A stretch of 63,949 nucleotides of DNA, filler included, from Octopus bimaculoides (taxonomy: Eukaryota), in assembly GCF_001194135.2 (NCBI RefSeq). It is 8 parts of 8 records of this genome, joined end to end, with 100 filler letters (N's around TTAATTAATTAA, not from the genome) between each part and the next. Parts side by side here need not be neighbours in the genome. Positions count along the whole stretch, not along the records: positions 27,784 to 39,348 come from NC_068991.1; positions 39,449 to 47,751 come from NC_069006.1; positions 47,852 to 56,807 come from NC_068982.1; 5 more parts are not named here. The stretch is one strand, 5' to 3'. How positions within the stretch are numbered: position 1 is the first letter of the stretch; every line of letters begins with the position of its first letter. Shown here in pieces: positions 39,319 through 51,020 of the stretch. Both the position numbers and the translations under genes were made by a program. The notes below the pieces were generated by a model, which was not told where the DNA came from, made no database searches, and saw only the letters and a list, made by a program, of their open reading frames with translations.

Positions 39319-40021
39319 TATATATTTATGTATATATATATATATATANNNNNNNNNNNNNNNNNNNNNNNNNNNNNNNNNNNNNNNNNNNNTTAATTAA
39401 TTAANNNNNNNNNNNNNNNNNNNNNNNNNNNNNNNNNNNNNNNNNNNNCATGTACAGGTATGTTGATACAAACAGGGAAAACAGAACTCAAAATATGAGT
39501 ATATCATCATCATCATCGTTTAACGTCCGTTTTCCATGCTGGCATGGGTTGGATGGTTCGACTGCGGTCTGGGAAGCCAGGAAGCTGCACCAGGCTCCAG
39601 TCTGATCTGCCAGTGTTTCTACAGCTGGATGCCCTTCCTAATGCCAACCACTCCAAGAGTGTAGTAGGTGCTTTTTTACGTATCACTGGCACAGGAGCCA
39701 GAGGGAGCTGGCATTGACCACGATCGGATGGTGCTTTTACATGCCACCAGCACGAGAGCCATAACTACAATTTCCATTTGATTTTGATTTTGATGTACTT
39801 GACTCAATAGGTCTCCTCAAGCACTGCATGTCACCTTATGATCCAAGGTATTTTTTGAGTGGACTGGTTATGTGACACTGGTGTAGGTTACAGCTGTGAA
39901 CTCACTTTATTTGCCGGGTCTTCTCAGTCACAGCATATCTCCAGAGGTCTCAGTCTTTCGTCATCGCCAGAGTGACTCAAGGTCTGAGAATTTCGTGTAT
40001 TGGCACATATAGACAGATATA

Positions 40022-40202
40022 TTATGTTGGTGCATAATTATTGCGGCTTCTTTTCAATAAATTTTATTCAACAAAAACATCTTTGAATTATTATTCCGGA
40101 GCATATTCACCATCTACTTCAATTTTTGCTTGGCGTTTTGCTTAAATTTTTTGTTGGATAAAATTTATTGAAAGAAGCCACAATAATTATGCACCAACAT
40201 AA
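40022..40202. mobile_element. Mariner MITE with Hsmar1/MADE1-like TIRs (partial second copy ~47608-47750)
   Basis: TA flanks and ~55-bp TIRs beginning TTATGTTGGTGCATAATTATTG. Confidence 0.88.
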
Positions 40203-41114
40203 TATATATATATATATATATACTCTTTTTCTTGTTTCAGTCATTTGACTGTGGCCATGCTGGGGCACTGGCTTGAAGGGTTTTAGTCAAACGAATTGAC
40301 CCCAGCCTTTCATTTCTTATTAAGCCTGTTTCTTATTCTATCAGTCTCTTTTGGCAAACCACTAGGTTATGGGAATGTAAACACATCGACACTGGTTGTC
40401 AAGCAGTGGTGGGGGAACAAACACAGGCACAAAGACACACACACATATGTATATGTATATGTGGGCTTCTTTCAGTTTCCGTCTACCAAATCCTCTCACA
40501 AGGCTTTGGTTGGTCCAAGGCAATAGTAGAAGACATTTGCTCCCAAAGTGACATGCAATGGAACTGAACCTGGAACCATGTAGCTGGGTAGAAAACTTCT
40601 TCCCTCACAGCCACACCTGTGCCTGCAGAGACCCCTATTATATCTCAAAGACTCCATCCACTTCCTTGCCAATTCTATGCTTCTTCAATCTACCATTGTG
40701 CCGATGGTGTCTGGTTGTGTCTCACCTTCAGCTCACATCTTCTACTCAACACACATCATTACATTTCTGGTTCTTGTGCCAATAGACAAGATGAAGTGGA
40801 GGTGATGGTAGCAGGGATTGTTTTCCCCAGGGGCATGGGGCTTGTTTGATGTTAGTTTTTTCTGCATCTGAGAGAAGAACAGCTGCTATCTTTGTAATTT
40901 AGCTGTAATCATCATCATCATCGACTTTGTTGTCATCACCACCACTACCACAGCCATCATCATCATCCTCATTTTCCTTGGTGACATAGTCATCATCACT
41001 ACCGCCACCACCACCACCAAAGTCATCATCATTACCACCAGTGCCACCTCCTCCTCCACACCACTCCCCACCTCCCCAGATGTCTTCACTAAGGGTCTCT
41101 TCTATTTCTTTCAG

Positions 41115-41265
41115 CCTGCGGGCCCATTTAGCACCATCAGGGAACTCCTGTCCCACCCTGTGGTGCATGTGAGTTACAACGATGCTTTTGCTTATTGTTC
41201 CTGGGCTGGAAAGCGTCTGCCAACAGAACAGGAATGGGAATATGCCGCCAGAGGAGGATTGAATG
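41115..41265 (+). CDS. SUMF2: SUMF2/pFGE exon: [50 protein letters not shown](G)
   Basis: FGE-sulfatase family signature [15 protein letters not shown]; acceptor ttctttcag| and donor G|GTAAAC; 151 nt, phase 0->1. Confidence 0.93.
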
Positions 41266-43723
41266 GTAAACCAAATTTCACTTGATATCTTGTCTTAAGA
41301 AGCAAACTTTAACGATGATTGGGGCTTGTTACGTGCTTTACCTTTTAGTTTCTCTTTGGTTTTATATTGTACTTTTGGGACGGTCATATGGCCAATAAAT
41401 ACACACACAAACACTGGCTGTGGTCTACTTCAAGTCACAATGTATGTAGGTCACACACACACACACACTAACTGATTGGAAAAAATCACCAGCACACAAA
41501 ATCCTTACCCTACTACACTCTCTCTCTCTCTCCCTCTTTCACCCCTCCCCTGACTCTGTCTATCTATCCATATATTTCTCTTTCTCTCCCTCCCTCCACC
41601 NNNNNNNNNNNNNNNNNNNNNNNNNNNNNNNNNNNNNNNNNNNNNNNNNNNNNNNNNNNNNNNNNNNNNNNNNNNNNNNNNNNNNNNNNNNNNNNNNNNN
41701 NNNNNNNNNNNNNNNNNNNNNNNNNNNNNNNNNNNNNNNNNNNNNNNNNNNNNNNNNNNNNNNNNNNNNNNNNNNNNNNNNNNNNNNNNNNNNNNNNNNN
41801 NNNNNNNNNNNNNNNNNNNNNNNNNNNNNNNNNNNNNNNNNNNNNNNNNNNNNNNNNNNNNNNNNNNNNNNNNNNNNNNNNNNNNNNNNNNNNNNNNNNN
41901 NNNNNNNNNNNNNNNNNNNNNNNNNNNNNNNNNNNNNNNNNNNNNNNNNNNNNNNNNNNNNNNNNNNNNNNNNNNNNNNNNNNNNNNNNNNNNNNNNNNN
42001 NNNNNNNNNNNNNNNNNNNNNNNNNNNNNNNNNNNNNNNNNNNNNNNNNNNNNNNNNNNNNNNNNNNNNNNNNNNNNNNNNNNNNNNNNNNNNNNNNNNN
42101 NNNNNNNNNNNNNNNNNNNNNNNNNNNNNNNNNNNNNNNNNNNNNNNNNNNNNNNNNNNNNNNNNNNNNNNNNNNNNNNNNNNNNNNNNNNNNNNNNNNN
42201 NNNNNNNNNNNNNNNNNNNNNNNNNNNNNNNNNNNNNNNNNNNNNNNNNNNNNNNNNNNNNNNNNNNNNNNNNNNNNNNNNNNNNNNNNNNNNNNNNNNN
42301 NNNNNNNNNNNNNNNNNNNNNNNNNNNNNNNNNNNNNNNNNNNNNNNNNNNNNNNNNNNNNNNNNNNNNNNNNNNNNNCAACTTTACCTTTCATCCTTTT
42401 GGGGCTGATAAAATAAATAACAGTTGAGCACTGGGTTGATGTAATCAATTAGACCCTCCCTCAAAATTTCAGGCCTTGTGCCTTTTAGTAGAAAGGAATA
42501 TTTTTAACCATTCTCTTCTCTATAAGCCTTAAATATTATTTTCTACTCTAGGCACAAGGCCTGAAATATTTGGAGAGGGGGCCAGTCAATTAGATCGACC
42601 CCAGTATGCAACTGGTACTTAATTTATCGACCCTGAAAGGATGAAAGGCAAAGCCGACCTCAGCAGAATTTGAACTCAGAATGTAGAGACATGAAATACC
42701 TCTAAGCTTTTGCCCAGCATGCTAACGTTTTTGCCAGCTCGCTGCCTTATGGAGCTGAAGTATCATTTTATTTATTTAAGCTTCATTTTGCAAATTTTGA
42801 CTGACTAAGAATTGAACCCTGCACCCATAAGGATATATGAATGAATAAACGTAGAGGATACTCTTTTACTTGTTTCAGTCATTTGACTGTGGCCATGCTG
42901 GAGCACCGCCTTTAGTCGAGAAAATCAACCCCAGGACTTATTCTTTGTAAGCCTAGTACTTATTCTATCGGTCTCTTTTGCCAAACCGCTAAGTTACGGG
43001 GACCTAAACACACCAGCATCGGTTGTCAAGCGATGTTGGGGGGACAAACANNNNNNNNNNATATATATATATATATATACGACGGGCTTCTTTCAGTTTC
43101 CGTCTACCAAATCCACTCACAAGGCTTTGGTCAGCCCAAGGCTATAGTAGAAGACACTTACCCAAGGTGCCACACAGTGGGACTGAACCCAGAACCATGT
43201 CGTTGGTAAGCAAGCTACTTACCACACAGCCACTCCTACGCCTGAGGAACAAACCAATGCGTCTTGGTTCCAGTTGATTCAATCAACAGAAGAGTCTGCT
43301 CATGAAATTAACATGCCAGTGGTTGAGTATTCCACAGACACACATACCCTTAATGTAGTAACCTTAATGATCTCAGGGGAGTTCAGCATGACAGAGAATG
43401 TCATAAGGATGGCCCTTTGAATTATAGAGACAACTCATTTTTGCCTGCTAAGTGAAACGAAGCAACATGAAATAAAGTATCTTGCTTAGGGAGACAAGAG
43501 GCCACCACTAGGAATTGAACTCATGTTGCTATGATTGTGAGCTGAATACCCTAACCACTAAGCCATGGTACCTTCACAGAGGAACAATGAAAAGCAATAA
43601 ATGTTGGGGAGATGGAGGAATAATGGACATAACAAATGAAAGTGGGGCAGGGTTGAAGGACAATGAACGAACATAATGGCAGACAAGGTGAATGTTCTGA
43701 GGGATGTTTTGTTGTTATTTCAG

Positions 43724-43779
43724 GATTGCTTTACCCATGGGGTGACAGGTACCTTAAAATGAGGATGAACCTTTGGCAG
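43724..43779 (+). CDS. SUMF2: SUMF2 exon: (G)LLYPWGDRYLKMRMNLWQ
   Basis: YPWG...NLWQ motif; ttatttcag| and CAG|GTAATG; phase 1->0. Confidence 0.92.
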
Positions 43780-44023
43780 GTAATGTTGATTACAATACCT
43801 CTGGACAATGCCAAAACATCACATAGCCACACACACACACACACACGCACATGCACACACACACACACACATAGATTGGACAGGAAGTTATTTGAAACAG
43901 GGTTAAAATGGCTCTTTCAGTCACCAAATCTTTGTTTTCTACTGCTTTTGTTAATCAACCAATCAATCACTCTCCATCTCTCCCTTTCTTTCTCTCTTTC
44001 TATCTCTCTCCCTCTTTCTCTGC

Positions 44024-44070
<47 letters not shown>

Positions 44071-44460
44071 CCTCTATTTATCTATCTGTTTGTTTGTCAG
44101 TCTGTCTTTCAGCCCCTCTCTCTTTCTTCCTCTCTATATAACATTAGAAAGCCTTTATTTAGAATCTGTTTCAATTCTTCCAACTGACACTAAGCTGTGC
44201 TTAACGTGTGTGTGTGTGTGTGTGTGTGTGTGCATGCATTTGTGTATATGTACTTGTGTGTATTCATGTATATGAATGTGTGGGTATGAGATTTTGTGCA
44301 TATGTATGTGTATGTATGTGTTAATACACCCTCGCATATAAACAAACCAACACACACACACCAACCTCTCATTACACAAATCTTTGCTTCAAACAAACAT
44401 TATTGAAAGCAGTCTTATTTTCCTCTATTTTATTTTTACTTTATTCATATTTGAATGCAG

Positions 44461-44545
44461 GGTAAATACCCAGAAGAAGACAAAAAATATGACGAATGGG
44501 CTGGTACCAGTCCTGTGGATGCATTTCCAGCTCAGAATAGTTATG
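44461..44545 (+). CDS. SUMF2: SUMF2 exon: GKYPEEDKKYDEWAGTSPVDAFPAQNSY(G)
   Basis: Matches human SUMF2 GKFPKGDKAEDGFHGVSPVNAFPAQNNYG; tgaatgcag| and G|GTAACT; phase 0->1. Confidence 0.92.
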
Positions 44546-44860
44546 GTAACTAAAGACATTCATCTTATTTCATCAACACAATCACCTTCTTCTTTCACTC
44601 TCAACTGTTGTTATTATTATTAATATTAAGGTGGTGAACTGGCATGGTGAACAAAATGCTTAGCGGCATTTAGACTGTTTTTATGTTGTGTTCAAATTCT
44701 GCCAAGACCCACTCTGCCTTTCATCTTTTCAGGGTTGATGAAATAAGTACCGGTCAAGTACTGGAGCTGATGCTATTGACTAACCCACTCTCCCAAAATT
44801 GCTGGCCTTGTACCAAAATTTGAAACCATTATTATTATTATTGTTATTATTATTATTATT

Positions 44861-45410
44861 GAGCGAGAGAGCAGTGCATGCCATCAAAGTGACACTGAGG
44901 TACAAATATACGAAGCCCAGTATACCCATCATGACTACCTGTCTGATAAAGGTACACCAGGTACATGCATCACAACCACATGTGCACGACATGGTGATCT
45001 CATATCAAGATAAACAGCGCATGACCTTGTAGGTGGGGCCCAGTTAGAATTTTCTTCAGGTCAAGTAGCCCATCCCGCTTAAAAAGTCCCTGAACAAGGG
45101 TTGTTTAAGGATGATGAACAAAACACCCATGTTTCCAGAGGTGAATTATTCAAAGAATTCCTCTCAGCACATGGCTATGATGCTCACCCACTGCTTCTGC
45201 TCGTGATCAGAGATGCACATATCATCTGCCACCAAGGGACATGCTCAACTGATTAAGGTCAAACAACTGACAAGCAAATCTGTGGTATTGAGCAGAATAT
45301 TTGCTGTAGCCCATCTTCTTATACCAAGACAAAACAATGTACAAGATAACACTTCCAATCAGTTAAGATCAGAAGCCATGAGAGCCACTGCCTGTTATTG
45401 CAACAGGGCG
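44861..45410 (-). mobile_element. ~550-bp repeat embedded in (TAA)n, probably a retroelement 3' end; second copy 27285-27683 has a 3' tandem duplication
   Basis: Two highly similar copies. The 44861 copy has TTA repeats on both sides and an (AAT)n tail on the minus strand. Confidence 0.7.
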
Positions 45411-45997
45411 TTTATTATTATTGCTGTTGTTGTTATTACCTCCGCCTTAGAGAAGGCAGAGGTATTGTTTTCAGATGTGTTTGTTTGTCTATGGACAAGA
45501 TATCTCTCAAGAACTGCTGGATGGACTCAGATGAAACTTTCAGAGATGTTTGGCCTTGTGACTGGCATGAACTGATTAGATTTTGGAATTGATCCGGTAT
45601 CGGACAAGGATTCTTTATTACTTTTCCTGTTTTTTAACTTAATTTTTGAGAACGGTCAAGTTTATTTCAGATATTCTCATTTTAAAACTCCTCTCTGGCT
45701 AATCGTTGAGAGGACATTGGTGTTGCCTTGGCAGAAGTTTGTGCTCCCTGAATGCTCTTGTTAATATTATTGTCATTATTAAAACAACAAGCTGGTAGAA
45801 TTTTTAGTCCCCAACAAAATGCTCAACTGCATTTCCACCAGCTTTGCATTTTGAGTTCAAATTCTGTTGAGGTTGACTTTGACTTTAGTCCTTTTAGGAT
45901 CCATGAAATAAGTATCAGCTATGTATAGGTGACGATGAGATCAACTTACCCACTTCTCCCAAACTTGTTGGCCTTGTACTAAAATTTGAATCCATTA

Positions 45998-46032
<35 letters not shown>

Positions 46033-46098
46033 GTCAGAATAATAATTCCCCTCCCCCTCTCCTATCTCACTCTGTTTCTCTTTCTTTCTCTATTCCAG

Positions 46099-46261
46099 GA
46101 ATGTATGACATGCTTGGTAATGTCTGGGAGTGGACCGAATCGTTATACTTTGACCGAGTGATTGACCGCAACAAGCAACCCCTGAGATATGTTCTAAAGG
46201 GAGGCTCCTTCATCGACACACGTGATGGGTCCTACAACTATGTTGTACGCACTGCAAACAG
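46099..46261 (+). CDS. SUMF2: SUMF2 exon: (G)MYDMLGNVWEWTESLYFDRVIDRNKQPLRYVLKGGSFIDTRDGSYNYVVRTAN(R)
   Basis: GxYDMxGNVWEW motif. GGSFIDTRDGSYNY matches SUMF2 (GASWIDTADGSANH) and lacks the catalytic Cys pair of SUMF1 (GGSYMCHRSYC). Splice sites ttccag| and AG|GTAATC. Confidence 0.93.
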
Positions 46262-46760
46262 GTAATCACTGCCCAGTGTTGTTCTTGTCTATTATGTAAC
46301 CCTAGGTCAAGCCTGTATAGGCATAGTCTACACGAAACTACATCATCAAATGTGTCCATTGTTTTTAGAAGTAGTAATGTGAGAAATGACAAAGAAATTG
46401 GTGCTATTTCTAGCTGTTTGAGTGACCACATATAGGTTACCTTGTTGTTGTTGTTGTTACTGTGCTATCATTATTGGTTTAAAGTCCAGGCTAATTAAAA
46501 CATAATCAATAGTGACAGAAGCAGAATTAATACCAAAAGGCAATCTGTATATCTTGACATGAATGTACTGTTAGAACACCAAATACTGCATTGCTTACCT
46601 TGAGAGGACCACTCATATGAACACATGGTGCATAAAGGCACACATTTTTATATTGCTGGCAAATAGTTTGCCTGTTATGCTGTTCAGTGACTAAATACAT
46701 ATATAAATAAACAGATAAGGAAGATTTGTGCATAGAGGGTGCTGTGGAATATAAATACAG

Positions 46761-46816
<56 letters not shown>

Positions 46817-46820
<4 letters not shown>

Positions 46821-47185
46821 GGGCAATGGCCCAGTGGTTAGGGCAGCGAACTCGCGGTCATAGGATCACTGTTTCGATTCCCAGACTGGGCGTTGTGAGT
46901 GTTTATTGAGCGAAAACACCTAAAGCTCCACGAGGCTCCGGCAGGGGATGGTGGCGAACCCTGCTGTACTCCTTTGCCACAACTTTCTCTCACTCTTACT
47001 TCCTGTTTCTGTTGTGCCTGTAATTCAAAGGGTCAGCCTTGTCACACTCTGTGTCACGCTGAATATCCCCGAGAACTACATTAAGGGTACACGTGTCTGT
47101 GGAGTGCTCAGCCATTTGTACGTTAATTTGTACGAGCAGGCTGTTCCGTTGATCGGATCAACTGGAACCCTCGTCGTCGTAAGCA
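46817..47185 (+). mobile_element. Near-intact tRNA-derived SINE (other pieces 885-1010, 34960-35075, 35150-35330, 43255-43580, 52190-52330)
   Basis: A box TGGCCCAGTGG, B box GTTTCGATTCC, and a body shared with other copies in the window. Confidence 0.85.
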
Positions 47186-47369
47186 ACACATATATATATA
47201 AGACAATTAAAGGATAAAATCATTAAAATTGATGAATTCTATCAGTGGCCAGCATATAAAAACCTTTTAGGTTAAATACATTTATAAAGATATATAACTG
47301 TATAGGCATAAAAGCTATGCCCATATGCCAACAGAATGGGCTGAATATGCCCAGCAACTTCAAATATTC

Positions 47370-47565
47370 ACTCTACAAATAAGAATCAGCAATGTACAGG
47401 TGTTGATGTGATGGACTTGCCCAATTCTCCCAAACTACTAAAAGTACGTTGGCTAAAAGCATTCACCAACTTAAACAAGGAGACTGTCCTGAAGAGTTGC
47501 AGGAGATTCCAAAGTCGTCTGCAGGCCATGGTTGAAGCCAATGGCAATTTTATTGAATAAATTTA
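47370..47565 (+). mobile_element. 3' end of a DD37D mariner-like transposase
   Basis: NKETVLKSCRRFQSRLQAMVEANGNFIE* is a typical C-terminus. Confidence 0.7.
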
Positions 47566-47850
47566 CTCTTTAGTATTTCAAGATATTTTTGTGTAATTTT
47601 GGTAAATTTGGTGCATAATTATTGCGTTTTTTTTTTTTCCGACAAATCTTATTCAACAAAAACAATAACAATATTTAACAAAAGCATCTTTAAATTACGG
47701 TTCCGACCGTATGCCAAGCAAATGTGAAGCAGTAATTGAAGTAAACGGTGANNNNNNNNNNNNNNNNNNNNNNNNNNNNNNNNNNNNNNNNNNNNTTAAT
47801 TAATTAANNNNNNNNNNNNNNNNNNNNNNNNNNNNNNNNNNNNNNNNNNN

Positions 47851-48200
47851 NTGCTACACCAGTCATTGGGTATGACTCCTTCGTGTATCACCTGGTTCGT
47901 AATACGGGTGACTAGGCTGTAGCCAACACTGCCAGATATTTTGAGCATCTCTGCAGTGATTCCTGACGGGTCGGGGGCTTTCCCTGTCTTCATACTCTTA
48001 ATTGCTTTATCTATCCTGGTACTGTCAACTTGGATAGCTGGTCCCTCTGTTGGGTTGACATACGGCAGGCTCCCTTTCTCCCATTCATTCTCTTTATTAA
48101 GCAATCTATCGTAGTGGCATCTCCAGACCTCTTTCTTTGCAGTCTCATTTAGTGCAAGCGTACCATCATCCATACGAACACATTTCTCTCCTACAACATC
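47851..48200 (-). mobile_element. RTE-clade LINE fragment
   Basis: KEVWRCHYDRLLNKENEW...KTGKAPDPSGITAEMLK...IPNDW; same family as 4797-5150. Confidence 0.87.
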
Positions 48201-48442
48201 AGGGATATTAATACACAAACATTAATGTGTGTATGTGTGTGTGTAGGCATACATATATATACATATATATACACATATACATAATATATATAAACATATA
48301 TATATATATATATATCCATTTTTATATATATAAACATATATATACACACACACACACACATATATATATATACACACACACATTTGCATATATTCATACA
48401 TATATATATATATGTACATATATCTGCATGTATAGGTATACA

Positions 48443-48508
<66 letters not shown>

Positions 48509-49214
48509 TATATATAATACACACACACACATACACATACATGTACACACATGCACACACACAAGATATGTTTTAAATATCTACAAACATTCATGAAATA
48601 CTTGAGATATGGAAATATATATTTAGATGGCAGATGCCAACTAAGTATTACTGTTCTGCAAGCTCATGATTGTCATTGCCACTTCCATCACACACTTCAA
48701 CGATGATATATGAAAGGATAACGATGAAGATGATGGCATGAAGAAAACCATGCAAGTAACTCTAGTCATTTAGTGAATTCTTTTAATGAGACAATATTCA
48801 TGTGTATCTACAGAGAAGTACTGTTGTAGGTTATTCTTTATCTTACACACTAGATATTTCAATCAACCTCTGTACACTACAGAGTCAAGGACAGGGTTCT
48901 TGTGGTAGTTCAACATGCAAGAAACAGTAACTAAACCTTCCTTAATCCATAAACAGTGGACCTCATCAATTGATGTTTCATTATAGAATAGCAGACATCA
49001 TTAATTGATGTTTCAAAAATTTTACATGGATGTAGCAATCATCAAAGAAAAATGAACATTTTACGGCACTTTTCAAATGAGATTATAAACTTTATTGTGT
49101 GCGAGACTAACAATTATTATAGTTTTTGTACTTTTTTAAAGTTAAAATAAGTACAAAAATTACCCTTAAGCAAAAAAGATATTTTTATTCCCATTTAGTA
49201 TATACATTTATGCA

Positions 49215-49992
49215 ACCATGGGCATAGGAGTGGCTGTGTGGTAAGTAGCTTGCTTACCAACCACATGGCTCCGGGTTCAGTCCCATTGCATGGCACCTTG
49301 GGCAAGTGTCTTCTGCTATAGCCTTGGGCTGACCAAAGCCTTGTGAGTGGATTTGGTAGACGGAAACTGAAAGAAGCCCATCGTATATATATGTATGTAT
49401 ATATATATATATATATATATNNNNNNNNNNNNNNNNNNNNNNNNNNNNNNNNNNNNNNNNNNNNNNNNNNNNNNNNNNNNNNNNNNNNNNNNNNNNNNNN
49501 NNNNNNNNNNNNNNNNNNNNNNNNNNNNNNNNNNNNNNNNNNNNNNNNNNNNNNNNNNNNNNNNNNNNNNNNNNNNNNNNNNNNNNNNNNNNNNNNNNNN
49601 NNNNNNNNNNNNNNNNNNNNNNNNNNNNNNNNNNNNNNNNNNNNNNNNNNNNNNNNNNNNNNNNNNNNNNNNNNNNNNNNNNNNNNNNNNNNNNNNNNNN
49701 NNNNNNNNNNNNNNNNNNNNNNNNNNNNNNNNNNNNNNNNNNNNNNNNNNNNNNNNNNNNNNNNNNNNNNNNNNNNNNNNNNNNNNNNNNNNNNNNNNNN
49801 NNNNNNNNNNNNNNNNNNNNNNNNNNNNNNNNNNNNNNNNNNNNNNNNNNNNNNNNNNNNNNNNNNNNNNNNNNNNNNNNNNNNNNNNNNNNNNNNNNNN
49901 NNNNNNNNNNNNNNNNNNNNNNNNNNNNNNNNNNNNNNNNNNNNNNNNNNNNNNNNNNNNNNNNNNNNNNNNNNNNNNNNNNTATATATATG

Positions 49993-50025
<33 letters not shown>

Positions 50026-50220
50026 ATATGTTTGTCCCTCCAACATCGCTTGACAACCGATGCTGGTGTGTTTACGTCCCCGTAACTTAGCGGTTCAGCA
50101 AAGAAGACCGATAGAATAAGTACTAGGGTTAGAAAGAATAAGTCCTGGGGTCGATTTGCTCGACTAAAGGCGGTGCTTCAGCATGGCCACAGTCAAATGA
50201 CTGAAACAAGTAAAAGAGTA
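49215..50220 (+). mobile_element. tRNA-derived SINE with internal microsatellite (copies 8790-9290, 18110-18445, 40220-40620, 42860-43245, 52540-52980, 56205-56790)
   Basis: Head ggagtggctgtgtggtaag...ggttcagtccca and tail ggccacagtcaaatgactgaaacaagtaaaagag recur many times. Confidence 0.85.
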
Positions 50221-50799
50221 AAAGAGTAACCCTTTCCTGTCATGAAATAGTTAAAGCACAGCATTCCAACATAAAATAGGAAGGTTACATAAGATAGTAT
50301 AGTCCTGTATCTATAAAAAGTTAGATGGTCACTGCTGGACTGTCTTTGATCATGTGTTTGTTCAGTCAAAGCTGATCTGGGAGCTAAACAACAACAAAAA
50401 AAAGGATACACTTATTCTATCAACCAAGAAAGAATGACAGGCAAAAATTATCCCTGCCACGTTTTAAGCTTAGAATGTAAAGGAAGAGAACTAAATACTG
50501 TAAAGCAAACATCCAGTGAAGCACTCTACTTTTCCTATCATTCCATTGACTAGGCTTAAGACAAACTTATTAAAATGACACAAGGCTGTTATAAGCTTGC
50601 CTATTATTTATAACCCACAAGCCCACTTGCTGAAACCAGTAAATGAAACCAATGCAGTATCATAGCATTCTTGTTATACTATTTATTGCCATGAACTTAA
50701 GAATCATTATATTACGCTTTGTTCAGTTTAATTTCCTTTGTGCACAAGGTACTTAGATAGGAGAGAGAACATGGCCTTATCTGATCTTGTCAAGTCTAA

Positions 50800-51020
50800 T
50801 TCAACCCTTTTGATACTAATCTGCCTGAGACTACCCCTGGTTCCTTGATACACACTTTTGTAATACAAACTTCCTTGAAGTGATCTAAATTAAAACCTTC
50901 TATGAAAATTTCATGTTAATTCATTCTAAACAGCGTTTTATTGACTTCTTCATTATTTTCAAAATTAACTGAAACAAAGGCAGTGTATTTCAACGAAAAA
51001 TATGTTAACAAAAAGATTAA
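50800..51020. mobile_element. Second, degenerate TTAA-type MITE family
   Basis: tcaacccttttgatac...gttaacaaaaagattaa termini. Confidence 0.5.
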
